A DNA stretch of 64,000 bases, taken from IMG/VR virus record IMGVR_UViG_3300024258_000005. The stretch is one strand, 5' to 3'. The notes under the pieces were generated by a model that saw only the letters and a list, made by a program, of their open reading frames with translations, searched no databases and had not been told where the DNA came from. Both the position numbers and the translations under genes were made by a program. The stretch is from a virus. How positions within the stretch are numbered: the first letter of the stretch is position 1; each line of letters starts with the position of its first letter. This document shows positions 10,640 through 21,064 of the stretch, in pieces.

Positions 10640-11143
10640 TTATCCTTGATCATATATTGTATTTAGTGTTTGTTTATTAACTGCATCTATACCAGTACCT
10701 TTTTCTCGAAACTTTATATTTGCTTCATTTAGTAATCTAAGAAAAGTTTGATGAATATATAATTCAATCCCTTTTTTCGAATAGACTTCTAATAGTCTTG
10801 ACTTTTGAACATCATTAAGAGTAGCAGAAACATCTGTATAAAAATCTTCTTTAAGTTTTTTAATATCTTTTTTATCAAGTTCTTTATCTGATACAAAGTT
10901 TGCCATTATATATGACACTAAGTAATATCTGAACTTCACCTCAAGCAATTGATCAAAAAATGCAACTAGTGTGATTGTATCATTTATTGATAGTTTCTTA
11001 CGCTTCAGATTTTTAACCTTTAAATCAGAGATTTGTTTTTGTTTATATAATTTATATATAACCACTATTAATGATGTTAGAATCATCATTCCTATAATTC
11101 CCGCATAAACTAAATTAGCATATACTGAGTACGAATATTCCAT
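10640..11143 (-). CDS. Membrane protein (single N-terminal TM helix)
   Basis: LVYAGIIGMMILTSLIVVIY hydrophobic stretch followed by a basic patch. Confidence 0.55.
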   Translation of the reverse strand: MEYSYSVYANLVYAGIIGMMILTSLIVVIYKLYKQKQISDLKVKNLKRKKLSINDTITLVAFFDQLLEVKFRYYLVSYIMANFVSDKELDKKDIKKLKEDFYTDVSATLNDVQKSRLLEVYSKKGIELYIHQTFLRLLNEANIKFREKGTGIDAVNKQTLNTIYDQG

Positions 11144-11154
11144 TTAAATTCCTT

Positions 11155-11346
11155 TTAAGTCCGAGGACTATTATCTTTTATAAATTGTTCTATCTTTAGA
11201 TCAGTAATTTTTATAAAAATTCCTTCTTCTAAGACAGGCGATGTTATTAAACTTCTTATTGATTCGTTATCTGCGACTGAAATACTGTCGCGTAAATTAT
11301 CATCTATCTTAATATCATCGTTCGAAACAATAACTGAATTATTCAT
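11155..11346 (-). CDS. Hypothetical protein
   Basis: 63 aa ORF with AGGA RBS, in the operon. Confidence 0.45.
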   Translation of the reverse strand: MNNSVIVSNDDIKIDDNLRDSISVADNESIRSLITSPVLEEGIFIKITDLKIEQFIKDNSPRT

Positions 11347-11355
11347 TTTTTATTC

Positions 11356-12468
11356 CTATAATTTTATTGTTTTGAACGCTCTATTCGCAGGAACAGTAGC
11401 TCCTTGTTTAAAACTTCGATCTAAGTGTTTTATATTAGGCGCAATAAAATTCTCAGTTTTAGTTTTATCCATAGAGGCAACAAAACCATTAATTAGAGGT
11501 TCAATTGTTAATCTTACATCAACATTTAATGGTTGATTATATTGATTAAATTGGGTTTCATTACCACCACGAGTAATTGTCATAGCGCTTATACCAGCTA
11601 ATGGTATACTCATAAGACCTTCTGCTTCAACTTCCCACAATGTAGGGTAACCAAAATTAAGACCATCATATGAAATAGGAGCAGTTGCTAAAATTAACAT
11701 TTTTAATGGTTCTAATATATACTTTTTAATAGCATCGGGGTGTCCTGAAGGACTAACTAATTTAATCATTAATTGTAAACTATTAGTATATTCAGAACGA
11801 GTCCATTCTTTTGGTAAAGCTGTTTGGATTCCAAGTGCTTTACCTGCACCTAAGTTAAGTAGGGCATTATCACCATTATTTTCACTAAGCAATTTTAAAC
11901 CATAAGTACTATCAAGTGACGCACCTTTCTTAATTTGTTGCACCTTTTGAGAAATAGGTAATCCTGATATTGAATTAGTTAATTTTTCAGCACTTGACAT
12001 TTCAAAAGTATTTCCAAATACTTCAGACATTGTTGAATCATTTGTAGCTAAAATTCTAAGTTCATCAATGTTACTTGTTAAATCAGCTGGTAGATTTTTA
12101 TCACTTGAATTTGACATATCATTGTGCCATAAAAGTTCGTGCCATAATCGTACTGCTGTTTTTGTTGAAGTACCATCGACTAATGGTACACTTTGAAGTG
12201 GAGTTAATCCACCCATTTCATATAAACCATTAGTTGTATCTGAACCAGTAGTATTTTTTAAACCTAATGATTTTAATAATGTTGCTGAAATCTGTCCAAA
12301 ATCAACTAAGTATCCAGTGGGTCTTAAATTAATTGTTGTAAGATTATTTTTTAAACGTTCTTCATAATTTATACCTCTTTCCTTTTTATTTATTTGAGTA
12401 TTATAACCAGGAACTTTACCAATAACTGTAAAATTCGTATTGTTTCTCCCTGTTTCAAATGCTGGCAT
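11356..12468 (-). CDS. Putative baseplate/tail-tube-associated protein
   Basis: Directly downstream of the tape-measure-like gene. The C-terminal LQLMIKL...GYPTLWEVE...ISAMTITRGG...LNVDVRLTIEPL pattern is reminiscent of tube-fold hub proteins (gp48/gp54-like). Resemblance only. Confidence 0.4.
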   Translation of the reverse strand: MPAFETGRNNTNFTVIGKVPGYNTQINKKERGINYEERLKNNLTTINLRPTGYLVDFGQISATLLKSLGLKNTTGSDTTNGLYEMGGLTPLQSVPLVDGTSTKTAVRLWHELLWHNDMSNSSDKNLPADLTSNIDELRILATNDSTMSEVFGNTFEMSSAEKLTNSISGLPISQKVQQIKKGASLDSTYGLKLLSENNGDNALLNLGAGKALGIQTALPKEWTRSEYTNSLQLMIKLVSPSGHPDAIKKYILEPLKMLILATAPISYDGLNFGYPTLWEVEAEGLMSIPLAGISAMTITRGGNETQFNQYNQPLNVDVRLTIEPLINGFVASMDKTKTENFIAPNIKHLDRSFKQGATVPANRAFKTIKL

Positions 12469-12486
12469 TTAAATTCCTTTTATATT

Positions 12487-15400
12487 TTATATTTTCTTAG
12501 CTGTTGTAATTGCTTCAGCAAATGCTGAATGTTTATCAATAGTATAAACATTCGTTTTACTTGCTTGTAGACCTTGAATAATACCCTGAAGGGCTGCTAA
12601 TTGCGCCATCATTATTTTTGATTGAGATTCGTTATTAATATCAAGTTTTGTCATCTTTTCTAACTCAATTGCTTCAAGTTTTAATAATTGCTCATCTTTT
12701 TTATCAATTACTCTATCTTCGCTAATGTTCGCGAAAGTACTATCAATTCTTTGTTGAGATTTTTTTATCTTCATACGATTCTTTTCATACTGAGCTTCTT
12801 TCGCTTCTTCTGATGTTAATTGATGAGAAGAATTTTCCGGATCAGTTGCTACAACTTTACTTTTCTTAAACATACTACTATGGAATTTTTGATTTAACAT
12901 ATCACCATCAGCAGCAAGCATTGCCTTCTGGTCTTTTTTAGATAATGTTTCCCAATAAGCTCTTCCACCTCTTTCCCAAGTATTATCACCTGATCCCATA
13001 GTATAATCAATTAAAGCATTTCCTGAAACATTAGTAGCAACAGTCTTTCCTGTACGCTCTTTAAGTTCTAAACGAATAGCAGTTCTCACCATTAAATTTA
13101 ACGTACCTTCTTTAAGCATATACATAAGTTCATCATTATCCATATCTTTAAAACGAGTACGAAGTTTTGCAATACTTTCATCTTTAAGTTGAGTACTAGT
13201 GTTGAAATGTATCATTGCTTCATCTAAATTATTTTTTTGTTCTTTAGATATAGCACCATCATTCTTGATACCTGATTTACCTTTTTCTTCTAGTCTTTCT
13301 TCTTCAGCATTATCAAAATAAAATTCAGCATATTTATAAGCACTATATGCAACAGCCCCTACAGCAAGAGCAGCAGCAACATAAGGAATTCTTAGAACTG
13401 CCATAATAGCAGTAGGAAATACGCTACCAATATTTTTTAAAACACCCATAAATCCAAGTTTCTTAAAATTAAGTTTACCAAATAAATCTTTAGTACGTTG
13501 CCATAGACTAGCACCGCCAGCTGGAGCTTTAGGTTTTGGAACTGTACGTTTACCAGGACCGCCACCACCGCCACCGAAATCGTAACCGATGCCACCGAAT
13601 CCGTCTAATAAACCAGACTCTTCTTGATTCTTTCTCATTCTTTTAGATATCTTTTTACGATTACCTTTAGTACAATTTCCACAAACACCATCACGAATTT
13701 CTTCTAAAAGGATAAGTTGTCTTTCTTGCATAGAGAATTTACGCTCTTGTTGTTCTTCCGACTTCTGAGAGTCCTGAGCGTCCTGAGCAGAAACATTTTC
13801 AGTTTCATCTTTATTCTTGCTACTAATAGATGATACTGATTGACCATCAGAATTTAAAAAGTTATCTAGGAAGCTATTACCACCTCTAGCTTTTTTAAGC
13901 TGTGAATCAATAAGTTTATCTTCATTTTTAGCGCTAAACATTTGTCCCCAAATACTAGGACTTGCATTTAATGTAGTCATCTGCTTCATCATTCGGTCTT
14001 TAATGTCTTCATCTTTGGCTGCATGATAATCATTACCAGCAAATGTACCGTCAAATTTATTCATACTCAATTCATCAAATTTAGAACGCTTTATTGGACC
14101 AGCCATTGATTTCAATGATTCCATTTGTGAATGGTTATACTTTAAAAGTAATTCAAATCTATCAGGATAAGCTTTACCTAAATAATTAGCCATAAGATCC
14201 TGAGGACCCAATTCAGTAGCACCAACTGCGTCTCGTAAAGCTTCTTCACTGTTAAGAGTAGTATTACTCAAATCACTGGCCATCCAATCGTACATAACTT
14301 CTTGTAATCCGCGATTCTTCTTACGTTTCTTCTTAGCACCCATTTTACCACTAGCTTGACGCTCCATGATAGTATCACCGTTTTCGTCTGTTTCATATAC
14401 TTGATTTCCATCAGCGTCTTTTTCAAGATCACCACCAAACATGTCCTTCACCCAGTTATAGCCACCGGATGCCATCTTAGCAGTACCAGATAATACATTA
14501 TACCCTGGAATATAACCAAGTTTTTCATCAATAGTTTTAAAATGTGATTCATAAAAAGAATCATCAGCCATATTATTGATTTCATTCTCTTCACGAATTC
14601 TAGCGAGAAGACCATGAGATGATGCTTGAGTAATACCGAAGCCATCAGTACGAATTTTTAAAAGTTCATGTGCTGAGAATCTACTAATTTCAGAAATAAG
14701 ACCAAGAATAGATAATTGTTTAGATTCAAATGTACTAGCTTTACTCATAATTTGAGAGGGTGTTGTATGTATAGCTTGAACTAAAGAACTTGAAACACCC
14801 ATCTTCTCAGCAAATTGTTCTTCACTTTGTAATGCATCAACACCTTTAATTTTACTATTCGCAGTGTTATACATTTCAGTAACTGATTTACCTTGCAGTG
14901 TAGCACTTAAATAAGTACCAGGATCGAAAGTACTTAAAGCGTTAGCCATACCCATTTCGATTCCACCAAAGAATCTATTAGTTAAACTTACATCTTTTGT
15001 TGAAGAGTCTGCAGAGTGTATGGTACCATCATCGCCAAATGTATCACTTAAAGTCTTTTGACCTCCGTAACCACCTTCTTTATTTTTACGAGATTCATTA
15101 TCTACAGACTCAGCTGCAATAAAAGGTAGAACTGATGTGTGACCTTCAATCATTGCTAAAATATTAGCAATAAGAGATTCACCAGGTTTCATCTGATGTT
15201 GATTTTGCAAACGTTTAATTTGCATTTGTAGCATACGCGTACTACCATAAGTAGTTTCTAGTTCATGTGGACTAGTACCCATAGTAGTCATTTGTGTACG
15301 ATTAATTTCTATTTTAGTACTTGAGTCTTTACTCATATACTTATTTAACGCACCGGCACCTTTCTGCATTGCTATCATAGAAGCAATACCCATACCCATT

Positions 15401-15960
15401 GGGCTCAATCCAGAGATAGCAGCTTGACCAGCACTTCCTAGTCCTAACATTCCAGCACCAGAAGCTAATCCTCCAGCAGCTGCAGAACCCATACCTTGCA
15501 TACCACCAAATAAACTTGAACCCATCATACCAGTACTTAATAGACTAGTGTTTAGCCCACCACCCATAGCAGCAGCACCATAAGCACCCGTTTTCATTAG
15601 TTTAGCAAAACTGCTTCCAGCTGATGCTGCACTTGCTGCAGCATCACCGAATCCTGAACCAGTTCCTGCCTTTTGATTTAAATTTCTTTGGTAAGCATTC
15701 TTTTGAGCATCTGCTGTTTGTTTAGCACCACTCATTAGCATCATAGCAGATGATACAGGTAACATAGGAGCCAACATTTCAGCCGCTTTTCCACCAACAG
15801 CACCAGCCGCTATTTTACCTACACCAGCCACCATCTTTAATTTTTTAAAAGCTCGAGAATTTAGTACTTTATTTAATCCAGTACGATCGCCAGTCTCAGC
15901 CATTTGATCAAGCATTGAGTAATACTGTTCCTGTATGGCATTTCTTTTCTTGTCAGACAA
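12487..15960 (-). CDS. Tape-measure-like protein
   Basis: 1157 aa, Ala/Gly/Met/Ser-rich helical composition with hydrophobic segments, located between terminase and baseplate-like genes; TTG start with AGGAG RBS. Confidence 0.6.
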   Translation of the reverse strand: MSDKKRNAIQEQYYSMLDQMAETGDRTGLNKVLNSRAFKKLKMVAGVGKIAAGAVGGKAAEMLAPMLPVSSAMMLMSGAKQTADAQKNAYQRNLNQKAGTGSGFGDAAASAASAGSSFAKLMKTGAYGAAAMGGGLNTSLLSTGMMGSSLFGGMQGMGSAAAGGLASGAGMLGLGSAGQAAISGLSPMGMGIASMIAMQKGAGALNKYMSKDSSTKIEINRTQMTTMGTSPHELETTYGSTRMLQMQIKRLQNQHQMKPGESLIANILAMIEGHTSVLPFIAAESVDNESRKNKEGGYGGQKTLSDTFGDDGTIHSADSSTKDVSLTNRFFGGIEMGMANALSTFDPGTYLSATLQGKSVTEMYNTANSKIKGVDALQSEEQFAEKMGVSSSLVQAIHTTPSQIMSKASTFESKQLSILGLISEISRFSAHELLKIRTDGFGITQASSHGLLARIREENEINNMADDSFYESHFKTIDEKLGYIPGYNVLSGTAKMASGGYNWVKDMFGGDLEKDADGNQVYETDENGDTIMERQASGKMGAKKKRKKNRGLQEVMYDWMASDLSNTTLNSEEALRDAVGATELGPQDLMANYLGKAYPDRFELLLKYNHSQMESLKSMAGPIKRSKFDELSMNKFDGTFAGNDYHAAKDEDIKDRMMKQMTTLNASPSIWGQMFSAKNEDKLIDSQLKKARGGNSFLDNFLNSDGQSVSSISSKNKDETENVSAQDAQDSQKSEEQQERKFSMQERQLILLEEIRDGVCGNCTKGNRKKISKRMRKNQEESGLLDGFGGIGYDFGGGGGGPGKRTVPKPKAPAGGASLWQRTKDLFGKLNFKKLGFMGVLKNIGSVFPTAIMAVLRIPYVAAALAVGAVAYSAYKYAEFYFDNAEEERLEEKGKSGIKNDGAISKEQKNNLDEAMIHFNTSTQLKDESIAKLRTRFKDMDNDELMYMLKEGTLNLMVRTAIRLELKERTGKTVATNVSGNALIDYTMGSGDNTWERGGRAYWETLSKKDQKAMLAADGDMLNQKFHSSMFKKSKVVATDPENSSHQLTSEEAKEAQYEKNRMKIKKSQQRIDSTFANISEDRVIDKKDEQLLKLEAIELEKMTKLDINNESQSKIMMAQLAALQGIIQGLQASKTNVYTIDKHSAFAEAITTAKKI

Positions 15961-16033
15961 TGCTTTCTCCTTTTGATTTAATAGTTATAGTTTCATTATA
16001 TATCTATTTGTTCTTTGAATTGAAAGACAAGAG

Positions 16034-16062
16034 TATCTAATCGGCTACATGCCGATTAGATA
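16034..16062 (-). terminator. Intrinsic terminator-like hairpin overlapping the terminase stop
   Basis: 12-bp perfect stem tatctaatcggc/gccgattagata, 5-nt loop, followed on the minus strand by CTCTTGT. Confidence 0.65.
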
Positions 16063-18015
16063 ATTACTCATATCATATTCTTTTAGATCAGGTTTCTTTT
16101 TATCACTTTTAAAATGAAAACCATCTTCGTTCTCAACCCATTCATCTGATTCTTGACCAGTACTACCGCCCGTGCCAATTGTAACACTGATAAAGTCCAT
16201 TATAGTTTCAGGAGTTAAAGCAAATGCTTGTATCTCACCATCTACTTGAAGTTCACCACTCTTAATCATTAACTTACGAACATATAAACAGAAGTTATAA
16301 GCCATAACAACATCATCATGTTGTCCACGCATTGCTTCAATACGTCCATTAGCTTTTTGTTCTAGGTTTCGTAGTTCGTCAATAAGCATATCACTATGAA
16401 ATAAATCAGGACGACCATTAACTTGATTCATCAGTTCATTAAACATCTGATCACGTTTACCATTACCCATTTTACCAGCATTTGAAGTATATAAACCAAA
16501 TGTATAATCACCAGTTGGTTCACCTTTACCATTTTTTACTTCTTCTTGATATAAATATGCTTCATAATCGAAGTCATCAACCAATGGATCATTATAAAGT
16601 AATTCCTCAACTGTTTCTTTACCAATCGAGTTTCTCTCAATAATGACTCTTAGTGTTTCTTCGTTAACATTATATAGTTTACTTAGTCCTTGGACCGCAG
16701 CTTTTACAAGAGCAGCAAATCTTTTAACAACAGAGAATTTACCTTTCCATGCACCTACTTCTTGACCTGAAACAGCATGTACTAAACTCAAAGCACTATA
16801 ATCCGAATTGATACCAGCACTCATAGCGGTATCCACACCAAGTAAATATATTTCACCTGGAATTAATTCAGAGAACATTTCAAGTTTATGACCAAAAGGC
16901 AATTGCATCTCATGACTAGATTTTTTAGGAACAAGCTTACATATAACATCATCAGAGAATATAGATGTACTTGAACCAAGAAATACTAAGTCAAGTTCCT
17001 GATTAATCTTACGTTGATTAAAGTTCAGTTCCTTACATTGCTTATTATACCAATCTTGATCTCTATGTGTATCACTCCAAAGAATTTTCATACTAATAAA
17101 TGCATTCTTTTCAGGATCATCCATAGTAACTTCATAACCATCATAAAGAACTTTATTCTCATAATCATATATATCATCAAACTTAACTGATCTTTGTAAT
17201 ATGCCGTAGAACCAGTTACCACCAGCACCATTAGGTGTTGATACCGCAATCATACAAGTAGGATAACCAAATTTCTTAGCAAATATTTTCGCTGTTGAAA
17301 TAGATGGTTGCATTGCGGAATAAACAATATCCATATGTTTAATAAAGGCTGCCTCATCCAGGATTATAATACTTCCTGAAAGTCCACGACCAAGAGTATC
17401 AGGATCAATACTACCAGAAACGAACATAGTATCAAACATACTCTTATTCTTTAAGTGAAAGAATGTAGTTCTTTCGGCTTTAGAAGCATTTGGTACTCTC
17501 ATCCAATTAGGAAGCTTACTCATCATTTCTTTTAAACGAGCAACTGCATCCTTACCACGATTACTATCTAATGTTAGGAATGCTATCTTAATACCAGGAA
17601 AGAATACCATACAATACAATGCATATAGTAATGCTAGTGTAGTCTTACCAATCTGGCGAGAACTAATAAACGCGACATTATCTTGCAATTCAAATAATTT
17701 AAAAAGTAATCTAAATTTATTTGAACTTTGCCATTGTTCTGAACTTCCCATGTGAATAAATCCACCAGTTACGGGAGTATATGCATATTTCTCTACCCAA
17801 TACAACGGAGACATTTTACATTTCATCCATTCTATCATTTGCTCATTAGCCGACATATTTTTATTGTAATGATCTTCTCCTAAATACTCAGGAACCTTTA
17901 TTACAGGTTTTTCTTTTACAATAATACCTTCCACTACCTCAACTTCTGAAGCTGGGTCTTTCCATATATCATTATCTTCTTCTAAAGACTCTTCATCGTT
18001 TAGTATTTCTGACAT
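16045..18015 (-). CDS. terL: Terminase large subunit
   Basis: Walker A SRQIGKTT, Walker B IIILDEAAF, coupling motif STPNG, nuclease LGVDTA and HDDVVMA. Confidence 0.95.
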   Translation of the reverse strand: MSEILNDEESLEEDNDIWKDPASEVEVVEGIIVKEKPVIKVPEYLGEDHYNKNMSANEQMIEWMKCKMSPLYWVEKYAYTPVTGGFIHMGSSEQWQSSNKFRLLFKLFELQDNVAFISSRQIGKTTLALLYALYCMVFFPGIKIAFLTLDSNRGKDAVARLKEMMSKLPNWMRVPNASKAERTTFFHLKNKSMFDTMFVSGSIDPDTLGRGLSGSIIILDEAAFIKHMDIVYSAMQPSISTAKIFAKKFGYPTCMIAVSTPNGAGGNWFYGILQRSVKFDDIYDYENKVLYDGYEVTMDDPEKNAFISMKILWSDTHRDQDWYNKQCKELNFNQRKINQELDLVFLGSSTSIFSDDVICKLVPKKSSHEMQLPFGHKLEMFSELIPGEIYLLGVDTAMSAGINSDYSALSLVHAVSGQEVGAWKGKFSVVKRFAALVKAAVQGLSKLYNVNEETLRVIIERNSIGKETVEELLYNDPLVDDFDYEAYLYQEEVKNGKGEPTGDYTFGLYTSNAGKMGNGKRDQMFNELMNQVNGRPDLFHSDMLIDELRNLEQKANGRIEAMRGQHDDVVMAYNFCLYVRKLMIKSGELQVDGEIQAFALTPETIMDFISVTIGTGGSTGQESDEWVENEDGFHFKSDKKKPDLKEYDMSNYLIGM

Positions 18016-18034
18016 TATTTTTCCTTTTTAAAAC

Positions 18035-18173
18035 GATCTTTCAAGATCATAAAAATAGTTACCATAGAAATAAAATAAAATATTTCTATGGTAATAATTT
18101 CTATCTTTAAAGATCGCACTTTTTTTTGAATAATGATCTTTAAAGATAGAAATTATTTCTATCTTTAAAGATC
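18035..18173. repeat. Intergenic element: (G/T)ATC-N6-GAT(C/A) palindromes plus inverted GTTACCATAGAAAT pair
   Basis: Palindromes at 18035, 18102, 18135, 18160; inverted motif pair at 18057-18071 and 18082-18095. Same architecture at 33.1 kb and 58.6 kb. Confidence 0.8.
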
Positions 18174-18180
18174 GTTTTAT

Positions 18181-18444
18181 TTATTTGGGTATAGTACTAA
18201 GTAATCGTCTAGCGGCAAATGCTTCTTCTGCATCAGATATATCACCACCAGATGCGTCTTGCATGCTTTTGATTCTTGCACTATTCAAAGCAGCTGTACC
18301 TTTAGCTTCAATATTGCCATTTGCTATTCTATTCCAGTCAGCATCAGATAATGTACCACCTGAGTGAAATGCAGCCATCCTTGCTTTATTGGCGGCCATA
18401 ATATTACTTTCTAATATTAATCCTTTATTGATTTTATAAATCAT
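18181..18444 (-). CDS. Small LILE-leader protein (putative internal head protein)
   Basis: Starts MIYKINKGLILES. Confidence 0.55.
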   Translation of the reverse strand: MIYKINKGLILESNIMAANKARMAAFHSGGTLSDADWNRIANGNIEAKGTAALNSARIKSMQDASGGDISDAEEAFAARRLLSTIPK

Positions 18445-18445
18445 T

Positions 18446-19453
18446 TTATTTTCCGCTTATGATCATATCTTTTTTGAAGTTCAGAATTAACTGTTCTAAA
18501 CGTTCTTGTTCATCAGGGGCAACTTTTTGAGCATCAAATAAACTAGATTTATAATTAGTACTAATTACATATGCAACTAATTCATCAAATTCACCATCCA
18601 TTGATTTCTTACTTCCTTCACCAACAACAGCAGCAAATGAACTCATCAATGCAGTTTCTGTAATATTAGCAATACCAGCTTTAGTTAAAACAGTAGCAAT
18701 ATTTTTAAATTCCGTTAAATCATTTAGCTTCATTTCTTTAAGAAATGCTACATCTTCTTCTGAATAAAGTTTAGTTAATTTACCTAGTATAGTCTGCGCA
18801 GATTGCTCAGTAAATACGCGCGCAAACATAAAGTCAATGACTACATCGAACTTAGTACGATCTTCGTTTTTAATCTCGTTATGAGCTTTGGATAAGATCT
18901 TAGTAATAACTTTTTTAAATACTTCATAACTAGTTTCAAATATTTTATTTTTACCATTACCTTTTAAACCGATAATAGTTAAAGTATTAATATATAAATA
19001 ATAATATACATCAACAAGAGTAAAATAATCAATTGAATCTAATAAATCATTAAATAATTTTTCTATTTGAGTATCAAGATTTTTCATTTGTAAAGCACTA
19101 GTATCAGTGATAGTAGTTTTTATACGTGAAAGTTCTTTATTTGCTTTTTCAATATCTTTAACTTTTCTAGCAACTTCTTGTAAATCACTTGCATCAACAA
19201 TGGCACTAATATCAGCAGCAAGGCCACTAAGTTTGTTACCATTTAGATATTGAATACCAAATTCGGCATTTCTTTTACGAGATATATCAGTAATACCATA
19301 ACCGATATAAAGAGACTCACTTCTAACTAAACTACTAATAGCTTTAGTTTTATGACTAGTACCTATCTTTGATAGTACTGTACTAATATTCTTTAAGAAC
19401 TTTTTTTGAACAGCATCTTGCTGCTTTAAGTTTATCTTTTTAATTGTTACCAC
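18446..19453 (-). CDS. Hypothetical protein
   Basis: 335 aa helical ORF with RBS; no family recognised. Confidence 0.55.
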   Translation of the reverse strand: MVTIKKINLKQQDAVQKKFLKNISTVLSKIGTSHKTKAISSLVRSESLYIGYGITDISRKRNAEFGIQYLNGNKLSGLAADISAIVDASDLQEVARKVKDIEKANKELSRIKTTITDTSALQMKNLDTQIEKLFNDLLDSIDYFTLVDVYYYLYINTLTIIGLKGNGKNKIFETSYEVFKKVITKILSKAHNEIKNEDRTKFDVVIDFMFARVFTEQSAQTILGKLTKLYSEEDVAFLKEMKLNDLTEFKNIATVLTKAGIANITETALMSSFAAVVGEGSKKSMDGEFDELVAYVISTNYKSSLFDAQKVAPDEQERLEQLILNFKKDMIISGK

Positions 19454-19512
19454 AATTAATCCTTTTTTAATTTTATAAAATTTACTCCGAAAGTAAAAGT
19501 AAATAGTCGGTC

Positions 19513-19827
19513 TTAAAGACCTAACAACTGTTGAACAACTTCTGACTTAAGCATTTTAATCTTATTATTAAAATGACTAGGGACGAATTGAAATAATGTG
19601 CCTATATTGTTTGCGGCTAAAATAAGTGGATAGTATTGTTCTGAACCATAATATCTTAATGCAACTCTTTCTGGACGGTATTTGTATATATCAGGGACAT
19701 CAATCTCTACTAAGTTTTCAGCTTTCTGAATATAATGGATACGATCATTTATTATATTTCCTAGAATTGTTGGTTCCAAATATTGATCATATACTTCACT
19801 ATTAAGACTGGTATATAATAAATTCAT
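19513..19827 (-). CDS. Baseplate wedge protein, gp53/LysM-like
   Basis: YRPERVALRYYGSEQYYPLILAANNI matches the RPE.lA..lYG....yw.il..N motif of T4 gp53-like proteins. Confidence 0.7.
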   Translation of the reverse strand: MNLLYTSLNSEVYDQYLEPTILGNIINDRIHYIQKAENLVEIDVPDIYKYRPERVALRYYGSEQYYPLILAANNIGTLFQFVPSHFNNKIKMLKSEVVQQLLGL

Positions 19828-19829
19828 TC

Positions 19830-20513
19830 TTATCCTTTTGTTATATTATAGTTTGGTCCATAACTTCTAGGACCATTACTATTACTTAAGTGCATACCTA
19901 ATTTATTAATAGTTGAAGATCTTAAATCTTTTGACCCTTGACCTAATACAGGTCTTGTACCATCTTCACGTTTTACTTTTGTTTCATAATGAGAAGATAA
20001 TTCTACAGGATCTTTTGTTATAGCATTACCTTTTCTGTAGTTCTCACGATGATGAGATATTTCAGAAATTTCAGAAATTTCAGAAATTTCAGAAATTTCA
20101 TTAATTCTTTCAATTTTTGCTCTATCTCCTGGTTGTCTTCCTGCTGCATGACTTGAACCAGATTGTGTAACATCATTTAAATCTTGTACACCTTTTGATT
20201 TAGAAACATCAGTTGGTAGAATTTTACCAGCATTAAGATTTTTCTTAGCGGCTTGTATACCTGTAGGATGAGAAGACATTATAAGTGCACCTTCTGTTAA
20301 AGCATCTTTATCAATTTCTTCTTTTTTTACCGGAGCACTTACCCCTGGCATATTACTAGGATCTTTTAATTTCATAGAGGTAATATCTTTATCATGTTCT
20401 ACTCTGAACTGTTTTGTTGCCCGTAATTGTCGCTCTAAATTAATTTTTAAATCATTTTTTATAAGGTTAATTAATTCAGATTCTAAAATATACTTACGAA
20501 TTTGAATTTTCAT
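19830..20513 (-). CDS. ILE-leader protein with ISE repeats (putative head protein)
   Basis: Starts MKIQIRKYILES; low complexity with an internal (ISE)n repeat. Confidence 0.5.
   Translation of the reverse strand: MKIQIRKYILESELINLIKNDLKINLERQLRATKQFRVEHDKDITSMKLKDPSNMPGVSAPVKKEEIDKDALTEGALIMSSHPTGIQAAKKNLNAGKILPTDVSKSKGVQDLNDVTQSGSSHAAGRQPGDRAKIERINEISEISEISEISEISHHRENYRKGNAITKDPVELSSHYETKVKREDGTRPVLGQGSKDLRSSTINKLGMHLSNSNGPRSYGPNYNITKG
20059..20100. repeat. 9-bp tandem repeat (atttcagaa) about 4.7 copies
   Basis: Directly visible; encodes EISEISEISEISE. Confidence 0.95.
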
Positions 20514-20516
20514 AAA

Positions 20517-20729
20517 TTATCCTATATTTTGAGGAGGAAACGCAAAAGCTTTTCTACCAAATTTCTTTTTATATTGTCTTTTAATTTCTTGACTAGTTTC
20601 TTCATTTGAACTAATTACTCTATTACGTGAAAAACCAAATACTTTTACTTTCTCAGGAATGACTTCACCATAATTATCTTCTACGTATCCTTCATCTACA
20701 TAATCATATGCCACATATAATTCTGACAT
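20517..20729 (-). CDS. Hypothetical protein
   Basis: 70 aa ORF in the operon. Confidence 0.45.
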   Translation of the reverse strand: MSELYVAYDYVDEGYVEDNYGEVIPEKVKVFGFSRNRVISSNEETSQEIKRQYKKKFGRKAFAFPPQNIG

Positions 20730-20731
20730 TT

Positions 20732-21064
20732 CTAATCCTTCTTTGTTTTAAGAGTTTTTATTATCTTATAATTTGTTTGTGCCCAAGATTTATAACGTTC
20801 ATAATTTAACTTTAAAATCTCACCATCTTCTAAAGTTAATTGATAATAAGTTACATCATTGTACTTAATATATTCAACTTTATATTTTAGAGCTATTGGT
20901 GGTTCTTGTATCTCAGGAATTGGTTTATCTAAATAAATTAATTTATCTTGGATTTGGATTTCTGGTATACATGGTTTGGGCTCTTCCCAAACAATATGAC
21001 AACCAGTAAGAGAAAGACTAAAAACCAATACTAGACATATCTTTAATATTTGTGTCATTAACAT
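20732..21064 (-). CDS. Outer-membrane lipoprotein, putative o-spanin
   Basis: Signal peptide with lipobox LTGC, Pro-rich mature region; overlaps the 3' end of a TM/coiled-coil gene in another frame (Rz/Rz1 overlapped layout). Confidence 0.7.
   Translation of the reverse strand: MLMTQILKICLVLVFSLSLTGCHIVWEEPKPCIPEIQIQDKLIYLDKPIPEIQEPPIALKYKVEYIKYNDVTYYQLTLEDGEILKLNYERYKSWAQTNYKIIKTLKTKKD

Noticed and set aside
10640-11143. Holin call for the single-TM protein
   Set aside because: Only one TM helix and no link to the endolysin or spanin genes; insufficient support.
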